This document shows, one piece after another, positions 30,548 through 41,600 of a stretch of DNA of 64,000 nt. This DNA is from an uncultured Planctomycetaceae bacterium. Lineage in GTDB: Bacteria > Planctomycetota > Planctomycetia > Isosphaerales > Isosphaeraceae. How positions within the stretch are numbered: position 1 is the stretch's first letter; each line of letters begins with the position of its first letter. The stretch covers positions 6,560,001-6,624,000 of the forward strand of contig CAWIAD010000002.1 of NCBI GenBank assembly GCA_963833985.1. The letters run 5' to 3'. Below the pieces are notes generated by a model, which saw only the letters and a list, made by a program, of their open reading frames with translations, searched no databases and was not told where the DNA came from. Both the position numbers and the translations under genes were made by a program.

Positions 30548-31339
30548 ATGCCAGAGGTTTTCCTGAATGGGGCGTCACTGTTTTACCAGGACGTTGGAAG
30601 CGGCAACCCGCTGCTCTTTCTTCCCGGCCTGGGCGCGCCCCACGGCATGTTCCGGCCCCAGGCCGAGGCGCTCGCGGCGACGCACCGGCTGATCTTGCCC
30701 GACCTGCGGGGCAACGGGCAATCCGGCCGGCTGGAAGGGCCGATCGGCACGGTCCTGAACCGCCAGTGCGACGACCTGGCCGCCTTGCTCGACCGCCTGG
30801 AAATCGCCAGGGCGGTGGTCGTGGGGGTATCCTATGGCGGAGCGGTGGCGTTGCACCTTGCCCTGAGGCATTCCGACCGGGTGGCCGGCCTGGTGGTCGT
30901 CGATTCGTTCGCCGAGCTGCGGCTGACCCAGCCGATGGAGGGGCTTCTGCTGGCCGGGAGTTATCTGACACTCTGGGCGTACTACCTGCCGGCCTGGCTG
31001 CTGAAGTTGCTGGCGCGCGGCTTCTACCGCGGCTGGCCCACCGCCTGTATGCTCATCCCCGAACTGGTTGACGGTTTCCGGCCCACCGAGGCCGTCCTCC
31101 AGAGCCTGGCGATGTGCCGGATCGGTCCGGCGGGAGAACTGGACCGCATCCGCTGCCCTGCGCTGGGGATCGTGGGCGGCTTCTCGGGTACGGCCGTCCG
31201 TTTCATGGAACATGCCATGCACGCGATACCAGGCTCAAGGCTCGAAGTCGTGCCCGATTCGTTCGACCCGACGAACCTGTGCCAGCCGGAGGAGTTCAAC
31301 CGCCTCCTGGCCGAATATCTCCGCGTGATTCCCTGGTGA
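30548..31339 (+). CDS. Alpha/beta-fold hydrolase
   Basis: LFLPGLG, PDLRGNGQS and GVSYGG nucleophile elbow. Confidence 0.88.
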   Translation: MPEVFLNGASLFYQDVGSGNPLLFLPGLGAPHGMFRPQAEALAATHRLILPDLRGNGQSGRLEGPIGTVLNRQCDDLAALLDRLEIARAVVVGVSYGGAVALHLALRHSDRVAGLVVVDSFAELRLTQPMEGLLLAGSYLTLWAYYLPAWLLKLLARGFYRGWPTACMLIPELVDGFRPTEAVLQSLAMCRIGPAGELDRIRCPALGIVGGFSGTAVRFMEHAMHAIPGSRLEVVPDSFDPTNLCQPEEFNRLLAEYLRVIPW

Positions 31340-31356
31340 TGACGGGAGCAACCAGC

Positions 31357-32451
31357 ATGTACCGGCGATTCTTCTTGCTTGCCCTGACCGCCGGCCCGGC
31401 GGCGTCTGTGCTCGTGCACGAGACGCTTGCCCAGCCTCCGACGAAAGGGCGCCGCGCGGCCACGCGGCGCGGAGTCAACCTGGCCGGTGCCGAGTTCGGC
31501 ACCTCGTCCCAGTTCTGCAACGAGCAGCCGGGCCAGTTCGGGCGCGACTACACCTACAACTCGGAGCGAACGGTGGCCTACTTCGCGCAGCAGGGCCTTC
31601 CCCTGTTGCGCGTTCCAGTCCTCTGGGAACGTCTCCAGCCCCGGCTGGGTCAAGCACTGGATCCGGCCGAACTGGGGCATCTCCGGCAACTGGCCGGCTG
31701 GGCCGGACGGCACCGGGCAACCATCGTCATCGACATCCACAACTACGGGCGGTATCGCCTTCGCCAGGAAGGCCGGATCGTGGAAGCCATCATCGATCAG
31801 GAGTTCGGCGGCCGGGTGCCCGTGACGCGCCAGCACTTCGCGGACCTGTGGGCCCGCCTCTCGGCCGCCTTCCGTGACGCGCCGGCCGTCGAGGCCTACG
31901 GACTGATGAACGAGCCGCACGACATGGGCCGCTCGGACTGGAAGGCGATCTCCCAGGCCGCCGTGACGGCGATCCGGCAGACCGGAGACCAGAAGCACAT
32001 CTGGGTGGCGGGCAACGCCTGGAGCAACGCCGAGCACTTCGCGGAGATCAATGGGCAAAAGGCCTGGATCCGCGACCCGGCAAACCGGATCGTCTACGAG
32101 GCCCACTGCTACTTCGATGCAAACTCGAGCGGAACCTACAGCGAGAGCTACGAAACCGAGGCCGCGCGGGACCGAAACCTGGAAGGCCGGGCGCCGCACC
32201 GCGTCGGGCCGTTCATCGCGTGGTGCAAGTCCAACCGCGTGCGGGGAGTGATCGGCGAGTTCGGCGTCCCCGCCGATCCGTCCTGGCAGCGCCTGCTGGG
32301 ACCGTTCCTGGACGCGCTGGACCAGGCAGGGATGGAATGCTGCTGGTGGGCGGCCGGCGAGTGGTGGGGCAATTACAAGCTGTCGCTCCAGCCGCGCGAC
32401 GACTTCCGCCGCCCCGCCGCGCAACTGCCCGCCCTCCTGCGGCGACATTGA
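31357..32451 (+). CDS. Glycoside hydrolase family 5 (endoglucanase-like), exported
   Basis: RGVNLAGAEFG, WERLQP, IDIHNYGRY, LMNEPH (acid/base), YEAHCYFD and IGEFG (nucleophile); RR-containing signal; alternative start at 31339. Confidence 0.93.
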   Translation: MYRRFFLLALTAGPAASVLVHETLAQPPTKGRRAATRRGVNLAGAEFGTSSQFCNEQPGQFGRDYTYNSERTVAYFAQQGLPLLRVPVLWERLQPRLGQALDPAELGHLRQLAGWAGRHRATIVIDIHNYGRYRLRQEGRIVEAIIDQEFGGRVPVTRQHFADLWARLSAAFRDAPAVEAYGLMNEPHDMGRSDWKAISQAAVTAIRQTGDQKHIWVAGNAWSNAEHFAEINGQKAWIRDPANRIVYEAHCYFDANSSGTYSESYETEAARDRNLEGRAPHRVGPFIAWCKSNRVRGVIGEFGVPADPSWQRLLGPFLDALDQAGMECCWWAAGEWWGNYKLSLQPRDDFRRPAAQLPALLRRH

Positions 32452-32916
32452 TCACTGGCCCGCGCGGACGCTCTGTTACAGATCGCTCACATGATCCTGC
32501 AACTCATGGAAGCCGGTAGTTTGCTGGATCCCTTCCGTTCCATGATCTTGAAAAACCAGGCCTTTGCCCCGATCCGCGCCGCCCGCATTCAGATGCGCCT
32601 TGATCGTTCGTGGCCGAAGCCGGGCGTTTTCCGGGTCTCCCGCCGGCAGTCGCAAGAAAACGCACGCCCAGCCACTGGCCACTCCCGGGTGAGCTCCGTC
32701 CCGGTGAGTCCCTAACGGGCTGCCTCGGCCGCGCGCGGACTGGCTGGTAAATTACGACCAGGGGTACTCCTCGGAGTTGCCGGCGCGGCTCTCTGGTTGC
32801 TCCGGCTCCGGGGCAGGACTATGATGCGGTTGGTGGCTCGCGATAGCGGACGTTGATGGATCCGCCATATGCGGCCGCGCAACGACTCCATTCCACTCAA
32901 CGAAGGAGTGCTGATC

Positions 32917-34337
32917 ATGGCAGCCTCTCCCGGTCTCGCACCTGCCAGAAGCGGATCTCCGGCCCCGTCAAGACGCGCGTTCCTCAGGAACACGGCAGGT
33001 CTGGCGGCTTTCCCCTGGATCGTGCCGGCGACGGCCCTGGGAAGAAACGGCGCGGTCGCGGCCAGCGAGCGCATCACACTGGGCGTGATCGGCACCGGCA
33101 GCCGGGGCACCGAGGACATGACGGGCCTGATGCGCTCGCCGCTTTGCCAGGTTGTCGCCGTCTGCGACTGCCGCCAGCCGCGTCTCGAGACGGCCGGCAA
33201 GCGGGTCGAGTTTTACTACTCCCAGCGCGACACCCGCGCGTCGCATGGCGGCTGCAAGTCCTACCACGACTTTCGTGAAGTGATTGACCGCAAGGACATC
33301 GACGCTCTTCAGATCTCCGTGCCCGACCACTGGCACGGCATCATTGCCACCCAGGCGCTGGCCGCGGGCAAGGACCTGTACTGCGAGAAGCCGATTGGAC
33401 GAACGATCGCCGAGAGCGTCGCCATCCGCAATGCGGTGCTGAAGCACGATCGGATTTTTCAGACCGGCACGCAGCAGCGCAGCGACAGCTTGTTTCGCCA
33501 GGCCTGTGTGCTGGCACGGGGCGGTTATCTGGGCAAGATTCACACCATCGAGGTGGCCGTGCCGGCCGGAGGCGACATCGTCAAGCAGCCCCCTGCCCCG
33601 GTGCCCGAAGGGTTCGATTACGACATGTGGACCGGCCCCGCGCCCATGCACCCGTTCGACCGCAAGCGCTGCGAGGCGCTGGGGATGTTCTGGATTGCAG
33701 ACTACTGCGTCGGCTTCATCTGCAACTGGGGCGTCCATCACCTCGACATCGCGGCCTGGGGCTGCCCCGAGGTGACGGCCGCACCCTGCCAGATCGAAGG
33801 GACCGGCCTGGTGCCGACTCAGGGCATGTGCAGCAGCATCGTCATCTGGCAGACGGAGTACCGCTATCCCAGCGGCCTTCGGGTGAGCTTCACCAGCGAT
33901 CGCGGGCCGTTCGACTGGCAGAAGCAGCAAGGGCTGACCGAGGAGAGTCTGCGCGCCTGGCCGACGTCGACCCGAAGCGCCACCACGAGACCGGCTGCCG
34001 GTTCATCGGCACGGAAGGCTGGGTGCACGTGACCCGGGGCGCGATCTCGGCCGAGCCGGCTAGCTTGCTCAAGAAGATGATCGACCCGGCGTCCGTGGGA
34101 ATCACGTCCAGCCGCAATCATTATGTGAACTTCCTGGAGTGCGTGCGCGACCGCGAGCAGCCGGTCTCGGACATTCAATCTGGCCACCGCGCCACCTGCC
34201 TGGGCAACGCCGCCGACATTGCCATCCGCCTGGGCCGCAAGCTGAGGTGGAACCCGGCCACGGATCAGTTTGAAGGCGACGACGAAGCCAACCGCAGGCG
34301 CGCGGAGCCGATGCGGTCGCCCTGGAGCCTGAGCTGA
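32917..34337 (+). CDS. Tat-exported Gfo/Idh/MocA oxidoreductase (frameshift near 33955)
   Basis: AAGGAG RBS; SRRAFL; GTGSRG; PDHWH; YCEKP; GTQQRS; WGVHHLDI; C-terminus ...RSPWSLS in the second frame. Confidence 0.9.
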
Positions 34338-34408
34338 CGCCAGGGAGCCCGAGGAAGGACCAGACGCCGCGCGAGCGTCACTCGGGGCGGGACCTCGGCT
34401 CTGGTGCG

Positions 34409-35560
34409 CTAGACGCGCAGGAAGATCTTCCGCCGGTACAGGAACCAGCAGATGCCGAAGGTAAGGGCCAGGGATACGAGCGCAACGGCCAGGTCGCCAT
34501 ACGCGCCGAGGTAGAGCTTCTTTAAGTCGCCGCCCACGAACCTGCGGGCGATATCGTCCAGGTCGACCAGGTTATTGATCATATAGATGGTGATCGGGTT
34601 CATGCCGATCCAGACAAACGGTATGGCCCAGGCGCGCAGGTTCCAGACGTCGATCACCAGGTAGAAGAGCCCCAGCAAAAGCGAGCTGTAGCCGCAGGCC
34701 ACCAGCACGAACGACGAGGTCCAGATCTTCTTGATCACCGGGAACTGGAAGTCCCACAGCCAGCCCAGGGCCACGCAGGCTGCGCCGGCCAGAATGAGTA
34801 TGAGTACCTTGCGATACGATCCGATGGAGCTTTTCAGAAGCTGGCCCGCAAACACGCCCAGCAGGCAGTTCGCGATGGCAGGCAGCGTGCTGAGCAGTCC
34901 CTCCGGGTCGTAATCGCCGTCATACTTGCGGAGGGGCAGGTAGTTCTTGTCGACCCAGTTCGCCAGGTTCTGTCCGGGCTCGAAATGCCCCGCGCCGACC
35001 TCGGGCACGGGAACAAACGTCATGAGGGCCCAGTAACCGACGAGCAGGCCCATGCATGCGATGAGTCGGCCGCGCAAGCCGAAATACGTGAAGATCAAGC
35101 CGGCGAACAGGTAGGAAAGGGCGATCCTCTGAAGCACGCCGAGCAGGCGGATCTTCTCGAAAGGCGTGCTGAACCCGCCGGAGTAAAAGATGCCCAGCAG
35201 GAAGAGCAAGAGCGCCCGGCGGATGATCTTCGCCGCGGCCCGTCCCCTGCCCTCCTGCTCGATGGTCCGGCCCAGCGAGAAGACCAGTGATACTCCCACG
35301 ATGAACACGAACATCGGGAAGATCAGGTCCTCGAAGTGAAAGCCGGCCCATTCGACGTGCTCGAGCTGGTGCGCCAGGCCTTGCAGGGCCGGATGGTCGC
35401 TCACCTTGCGGAGCCCGTGCACGAGCCCGTCAGCGCCGACGATCCAGAACATGTCGAACCCGCGGAGGGCGTCGAGCGACATCAGCCGGGCGGGTTTCGA
35501 ACCTGGCTCGGTTGCGCCCGCAGAGCCATCAGTCATTGTATCGGTCATCGGTATGTTCAT
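34409..35560 (-). CDS. Membrane acyltransferase, HGSNAT/NagX/DUF5009-like
   Basis: RLMSLDALRGFDM, DLIFPMFVFIVG, GVLQRIAL, DPEGLLSTLPA and KKIWTSSF motifs; start approximate (35560 or 35548). Confidence 0.88.
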   Translation of the reverse strand: MNIPMTDTMTDGSAGATEPGSKPARLMSLDALRGFDMFWIVGADGLVHGLRKVSDHPALQGLAHQLEHVEWAGFHFEDLIFPMFVFIVGVSLVFSLGRTIEQEGRGRAAAKIIRRALLLFLLGIFYSGGFSTPFEKIRLLGVLQRIALSYLFAGLIFTYFGLRGRLIACMGLLVGYWALMTFVPVPEVGAGHFEPGQNLANWVDKNYLPLRKYDGDYDPEGLLSTLPAIANCLLGVFAGQLLKSSIGSYRKVLILILAGAACVALGWLWDFQFPVIKKIWTSSFVLVACGYSSLLLGLFYLVIDVWNLRAWAIPFVWIGMNPITIYMINNLVDLDDIARRFVGGDLKKLYLGAYGDLAVALVSLALTFGICWFLYRRKIFLRV

Positions 35561-35888
35561 CCGATTGCGAATTCCAGGCTGCACATTACTGCCGGGCCGC
35601 CCGCAAGGAAGAGTCCTGAACGGGCTACGTCTCTGTGAGGCGACAGGCGGCCGGGTCTCAATGGCCATTGCGATTCTGGCAGATTTCGTCCAATGTGCAA
35701 GCGTGATCCGAAACGGATCGGGCAAGAGACCGCCCGATTGGGGTGCGCGGTTGCTTCAATAATGCCGCGGCCACGGCGAAAGGACTGACGCAGACTTGCC
35801 TTGCACCGGGGCGAGGAGGGCTTGGCCCCACTTGCGGACAGATCGCTGCGCCACGTCGCGCAGTCGTGGAACAGGAAGGAAGTGAATC

Positions 35889-36254
35889 ATGGTAAGACTT
35901 GCATCGGGTTTACTGATGGGATTGCTGCTGCTGACGATTGTGCCCCTGCGGGCGCCGGCGTACGCCCCGATCGACGACCAGGTTTCCGAGCTTGAAAGCC
36001 AGGTGGCGGAGCTCAGGAACCAGGTTGCCCAGCGCACCGTCAGGGTGCAATCGCACCCGACCGAGGGCGCCGCGCTCTTCCTCTTCGGTGCGTTCTGCGC
36101 TCTCTGGGCCCAGAACACCGGCCGCAATCCCTGGCTCTGGTTCTTCATGGGAATGATCTTCAGCGTCATCACCGTCATCGTGCTACTGTCGAAGAATGCC
36201 GGAGATCTCAGGCGAATGCGACAGAAGCCAGCAGTCGACCCGTTCGATGGATGA
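35889..36254 (+). CDS. Small membrane protein with a coiled-coil segment
   Basis: Purine-rich RBS; TM segments; FCALWAQNTGRNPWLWFF motif. Confidence 0.7.
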   Translation: MVRLASGLLMGLLLLTIVPLRAPAYAPIDDQVSELESQVAELRNQVAQRTVRVQSHPTEGAALFLFGAFCALWAQNTGRNPWLWFFMGMIFSVITVIVLLSKNAGDLRRMRQKPAVDPFDG

Positions 36255-36393
36255 ACGAAACAGGCCTGCTCGCAGGTTGGTCTTTCTTTTCGCCGCGAGC
36301 GCTCCCCGGCCGCGTTCCCGACGCCTGTAATGCCAGGGCGCCGCTCCAGAGGCGGTCGGCCCGACATTGCCCTGAAACCGGAGGATCCTCATC

Positions 36394-37317
36394 ATGGCGA
36401 AGTTCCGTTCCTTCACGGCGATTTGCTTGGCAATTGCAACCGTCGGGCTGCTCCCGGGGATGGCTCGCGCACATCCCGGATCGGGCATCGTTGTTGATGA
36501 GCAAGGCCAGGTGTACTTCCAGGACACCGTGGCTCGGACGATCTGGAAAATCGACGCACAAGGCAGGCTGACGAAGTATCACGAGACCCTGGGCGGCCAC
36601 TGGATGGCTCTCGATCAGGAAGGCGCTTTCTCCCGTTGCGAGTTGAAATTGGTTCAGCGGATCACGCCCTTCGGCGCCATCCCGGCGCTGATCGTGGCGG
36701 ACGGCGGCGCGCCGATCGCGGTTGGCCGGGGCGGAAGCCTCTATTATGGTCATGAATTCCCGGGCAAAGAGAACACGGCTCCGGGGTTGACCAGGATATC
36801 GCCGGACGGTAAACAGAGGCCTGTGTCACCAGGGGTCGGCAAGGTCCTGGAGGCCATCAACGACGGTGTGACGGGGCTGGCCACCGGTCCGGACGGCTCG
36901 GTTCATGTGGCGACGTGGAACGCGGTGCTGAAGGTGAATCCCGATGGTACGATTGCGCACATCGTGTACCCCGTGCCCGTGAAGGATTGCGACCCGGATC
37001 CGGCTGACCACAAGACATCCAATCGCTCGCCGAGCCTGCGCGGGCTGGCGGTGGACGCAGAGGAAAATGTCTACGTCGCCGCCACGAGCTGTCACTGCCT
37101 CTGGAAAATCAGCCTGGAGGGTCATACGGACACCGTGCTGAAATCGCCGCGTCCGTGGTCGCCAACGGGCGTCGCTGTCCGCGGCGACGAGATCTATGTT
37201 CTGGAATACACGAATGCGAACGGAAGCCGAGACGAGGGATGGCGGCCTCGAGTCCGGAAGATCGGACGCAACGGGCAGGTGACAACCCTGGCAACCATCA
37301 CACGAAAGAATCCATAA
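36394..37317 (+). CDS. Secreted beta-propeller protein (NHL/SMP-30-like)
   Basis: GGAGG RBS; signal peptide ending ARA-HPGSGIVVD; repeats GLATGPDGSVHVA, GLAVDAEENVYVA and SPTGVAV. Confidence 0.75.
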   Translation: MAKFRSFTAICLAIATVGLLPGMARAHPGSGIVVDEQGQVYFQDTVARTIWKIDAQGRLTKYHETLGGHWMALDQEGAFSRCELKLVQRITPFGAIPALIVADGGAPIAVGRGGSLYYGHEFPGKENTAPGLTRISPDGKQRPVSPGVGKVLEAINDGVTGLATGPDGSVHVATWNAVLKVNPDGTIAHIVYPVPVKDCDPDPADHKTSNRSPSLRGLAVDAEENVYVAATSCHCLWKISLEGHTDTVLKSPRPWSPTGVAVRGDEIYVLEYTNANGSRDEGWRPRVRKIGRNGQVTTLATITRKNP

Positions 37318-37382
37318 CTCTGCGGCACGGTCTCGCCCTGAGCCGGGCGCACGGAACGGAGCGCGGGCCTGAGAGGTTCCGC

Positions 37383-38360
37383 CTAATCAGCCGATCGACC
37401 CTGCAAGAGCCGCACCATCGCCTTGCCCAGCGCATCGCCGACCAGGAAATAGGTCTCGGCGTTGCCGAACTCGTGGTGGCCGTGCTCGGGGTTGGGAGAA
37501 TCTTCAGGCTTGCGTACGAAGTCGTGCGTTGGGACAAAGCTCACGGTACCGTGGAACTCCGGGCGTCCGGCAGTCGCCGCCTGGGCATCGCGCAGGGTCT
37601 GCCATGCGCCCGGGGCCTGCACCCACGGGCCGGTCAATTCGCCGATCACGACCGGTAGATTGGGGACATGAAGGTCCTTGCGGACGTCGTGGATCAGGTT
37701 CACGAGGTTTTGCTCGTACTCCGGCACGGCGTGCTCGGGATCGCAGCCGTCGTTCCAGCCCTGGTACCACACGAAGCCCGCCAGCTCGTAGCCCTGGCCG
37801 CCGTACGCGGGAAAGCTGGACTTCAGGTTCGCGAGCGCCCGTTGAACCTCGTGAAGCATCTTCTTGTAGTAGGGCCCGACTTCACCGCCGGAACTGGGCG
37901 GGCGGAAGTCCTGGTACAGGCTCTTGCCGCCCCACGCGGTCTTGATCAGCAGGACGGGGTTCGAGAGAGAGTCGCCCAGCACGTGCCCGAACTGCAGTTC
38001 GGGTCCAAAATGGTGCCTGTCGCCATAGACAGAGAACCCCACGGTGAGCGGCCCCGCCAGCAGGGGTGCGTCCTCGCGCTGGTAGTCCACCCAGACGTCG
38101 TCGCGGACCGACCACTCCCCGTTCGCCGACTTCAGATGCCGCACCCGAGGAGCCCGTACCGGATCGCGGAACAGGGCCTCGAGCGTTCCCTTGCCGCCGT
38201 TGTAGTCCTTGCCGTCCAGGTCGACGACGGCCTGCCCCTCCATGTTGGACTGGCCGGCAAGAATGAAAACCTTGACCTTCGAACGATCGTCGGCCGCACG
38301 CGCTGTCCAGTCGCCGCATGCCAGCCCCAGCAGGAGCATCGCCCCCAGACATCGTTGCAT
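37383..38360 (-). CDS. Sialate O-acetylesterase-like SGNH carbohydrate esterase (SASA domain)
   Basis: Signal peptide; VFILAGQSNMEG, FGPELQFG, KTAWGGKSL and WYQGWND motifs. Confidence 0.9.
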   Translation of the reverse strand: MQRCLGAMLLLGLACGDWTARAADDRSKVKVFILAGQSNMEGQAVVDLDGKDYNGGKGTLEALFRDPVRAPRVRHLKSANGEWSVRDDVWVDYQREDAPLLAGPLTVGFSVYGDRHHFGPELQFGHVLGDSLSNPVLLIKTAWGGKSLYQDFRPPSSGGEVGPYYKKMLHEVQRALANLKSSFPAYGGQGYELAGFVWYQGWNDGCDPEHAVPEYEQNLVNLIHDVRKDLHVPNLPVVIGELTGPWVQAPGAWQTLRDAQAATAGRPEFHGTVSFVPTHDFVRKPEDSPNPEHGHHEFGNAETYFLVGDALGKAMVRLLQGRSAD

Positions 38361-38602
38361 GGTGATTCGCCATTTCCTTGTCAGTGATCCGGGCATCGAC
38401 GGCCGCGTGGCAGACCCTGGGCCTGACAGGCACGATCTTAAGCCAGGTCCAGGGAGTTGCCAAGGAGCGGTCGCTTGCGGTGCGATGCTGAAGGAGATAA
38501 CGTCGGGGCGGGTCGAGCGCGAGGCCGGCGCGGGTCTCAGCACGGGTGATGCGTGCCAGATCCCGGCGCCGGTGAACACGGTGCCCGGCCGGGAGACACG
38601 AC

Positions 38603-41600
38603 ATGAGATCGGCGATTCCTGGCACGATTCTCGCCGCCGGGCTGCTGCTGGCAACCTTTCGCTCCGCACCCTGCGCGGAGCCGCGCGCCATGCCCGCGGC
38701 AGCGGTCACCGTCTGGGAGCGGCAAGTCGTCATCCCCACTTACCTTGCCGGTCCGCCGGAAGCCAGCCCGATGTTTTACTTCGGCCGCGCCTCGCAGGGC
38801 GCGGAGGGGCGGATCTACCCGTACCGGCTCTACGACTCGCTCACAAACCGCAAGGTGGACAGGCAATACACCCTGGTGACGCTGGAGAACCAGTACGTCC
38901 GGATCGGCATTCTTCCCGAGCTGGGCGGCCGGATCTTCGAGGCGGTGGACAGGACCAATGGATACAACTTCTTTTACCGCCAGCATGTGATCAAGCCGGC
39001 GCTCATTGGCCTCATCGGGGCGTGGATCTCCGGAGGCGTGGAGTGGAACATCCCGCACCACCACCGGGCCTCGACGTTCTTGCCGGTTCAGTACCAGATG
39101 CAGGATGACGGCGGCGGTGGCAAGACGGTCTGGGTGGGCGAGCTGGAGCTGCGGCATCGCATGCGCTGGGCTGTCGGCTACACGCTGCGGCCTGGCTCGT
39201 CGGTGCTGGAAGCCAGGGTACGCATCATCAACCGCACGCCCCTGGCGCAGAGCATGCTTTGCTTCGCCAACGCGGCCGTGCACGTCAACGAGAACTACCA
39301 GGTGATCTTCCCACCCGCAACGCAATACGTGACTCACCATGCCAAGCGCGAGTTCACCACCTGGCCCATCGCCAGCGGCCACTACGGCGGCTACGACTTC
39401 GGTGCGGGTACCGATGTGAGCTGGTACAAGAACCACGTGGCGGCCAACTCCATGTTTGCCTGGAACTACGAGGACGACTTCTTCGCCGGATACGACCACG
39501 GGGCCCAGGCCGGAACGATGAGTGTGGCCGACCACCGCTTCGTTCCCGGCAAGAAGCTCTGGACCTGGGGCAACGGTGCGCGGGGGCGGATGTGGGACCA
39601 CATTCTCACCGATAGTGACGGCCCCTACATCGAGCTCATGGTGGGCGGGTATTCAGACAACCAGCCAGACTATTCCTGGCTCCAGCCGTTCGAGGCGCGG
39701 ACGTTCTCGATGAACTGGTATCCCTTCCGCGCCATCAGCGGGGTGAAGAACGCGAACCTTGACGCCGCGGTGAACCTGGAGGTTGTGGGCCGGAAGGCAA
39801 GGCTCGGCTTCGCGGCGACGGCGGCCCACCCGGAGGCGACTGTCCGGCTGTCGGCAGCGGGCAAGGTCGTGCTCCAGGAGACGGTGGCCATCGACCCGGG
39901 CCATCCCTATGTCAACGAGGTTCCCCTGCCGGATGGAACGGGTGCGTACGATCTGGAGGCCGTGCTCAGCGACGGAAAGACGCTCGTGTCCTTCCGGCCC
40001 GCGCCCTCGCGTTCCAACCCGAAGCCCAGCCCGGTGCACGACCCGCCGCCTCCGGGCGAGGTCAAGACCACCGAGGAGCTCTACCTCGCCGGCCTGCGCA
40101 TCGAGCAGTTCCACCACCCCGCGCTCGATGCGGAGCCGTACTGGGAAGAAGCACTGCGCCGCGATCCGGCAGACGTCCGGGTGAACACGGCCTTGGGGAT
40201 CAAGATGCTCAAACAGGCCCGCTGGAGCGCCGCCGAGGCCTGCTTTCGGAAAGCCCTCGAGCGGCTCACGGCCGGCTACACCGCACCCGTGAACGGCGAG
40301 CCGTTTTATTACCTGGGTGTGGCCCTGGCGGCGCAGGGCAAAGACGGCCCGGCCAGCGAGGCTTTCGCCCGCGCGACCTGGGCGGCCGCATCGCGCTCGC
40401 CGGCCTACTTCGGCATGGCCGAAGTCGCCTGCCGGCAGCACGCGGATTCCCAGGCCCTGGAGCTGCTGGATCGCGCGCTGGACGCGGACGCAAACAACCT
40501 CCGCGCCCTGCATCTCAAGGCCGCGCTGCTGCGTCGGATTGGCAAGCCCGAGCGGGCGCTGGCGATCCTCACCCGAGCCGGCGCCATCGACCCGCTGGAT
40601 CCGCGCACGCTTGCCGAGCACTGGCTGGCGACCCGGAGTTCAGAAAAGGAAGCCACCTTGAAACGCGTGCTCGGCCAGCACCCGGCGACGGCCCTGGAAA
40701 TCGCCGCAGAGTACCAGGACGCCGGCCTCTGGGCGGATGGAACGGCCGTGCTGTTAGCGGCCCTGCGCCGCGGCGAGGAGCTGCAAACCCTCCCCCTGGC
40801 CTGCTACGACCTGGCATTCTTCGCGGCGCGGCAGGGCGACGAGAAGGCAGCCGCACGGTATCGCGCGCTGGCCGCGGCAGAGCCGGCCGGGCCCGTCTTT
40901 CCGTTCCAGTCACAGAACCTCGCGGTACTGCGAGAGGCGATGCAGGCAAATCCGGGCGACGCCCGCGCGCCGCTGTATCTGGGAGAGCTGCTCTTTGACT
41001 GGCAGCCGGGCAAAGCGGTGGAACTCTGGAAAGCCTCGCTTGCCCGCGATCCGTCGCTCGCGGTCGTGCACCGCAACCTGGCGATCGCCGCCTCACACCA
41101 GCCCGGCGCCCGGAACCTGGACGAGGCGATCCGCCATCTCGAGGCCGCCGTCGCGCTGCCGGGGCCGTCCTCCATCTTCTTCTCGGAGCTGGACGAGCTC
41201 TACGAGGCCGCCGGCGTGGCGCCGGAGAAACGCCTGGCCGTGCTTGACGCCAACCACGAGACGGTTGCCCGCCGCGATGACGCTCTGGGCCGCGAGATCG
41301 CCCTGCGCGTGCTGCTGGGCCAGTGCGATCGTGCCATCGCGCTTTTGACCGGCCGGACCTTCGCGGTCTGGGAGGGGGGAACGCTCACGGCGGCCGGCGA
41401 CTGGACGGAGGCCCATTTGCGGCGCGGGGTCGAGCGGATGTCGTCGCGCAGGTTCGAGGAAGCCCTTGCGGACTTTCAAGCCGCCGGCCAGCTCCCCGAG
41501 AACCTGCCCACGGAGACCCACGACGGCACGGCCCGGCAAGAGGAGATCGCCTACCGTATCGGCATCGCGGAAGAGGCTCTGGGCCGTCACGAAGAGGCCA

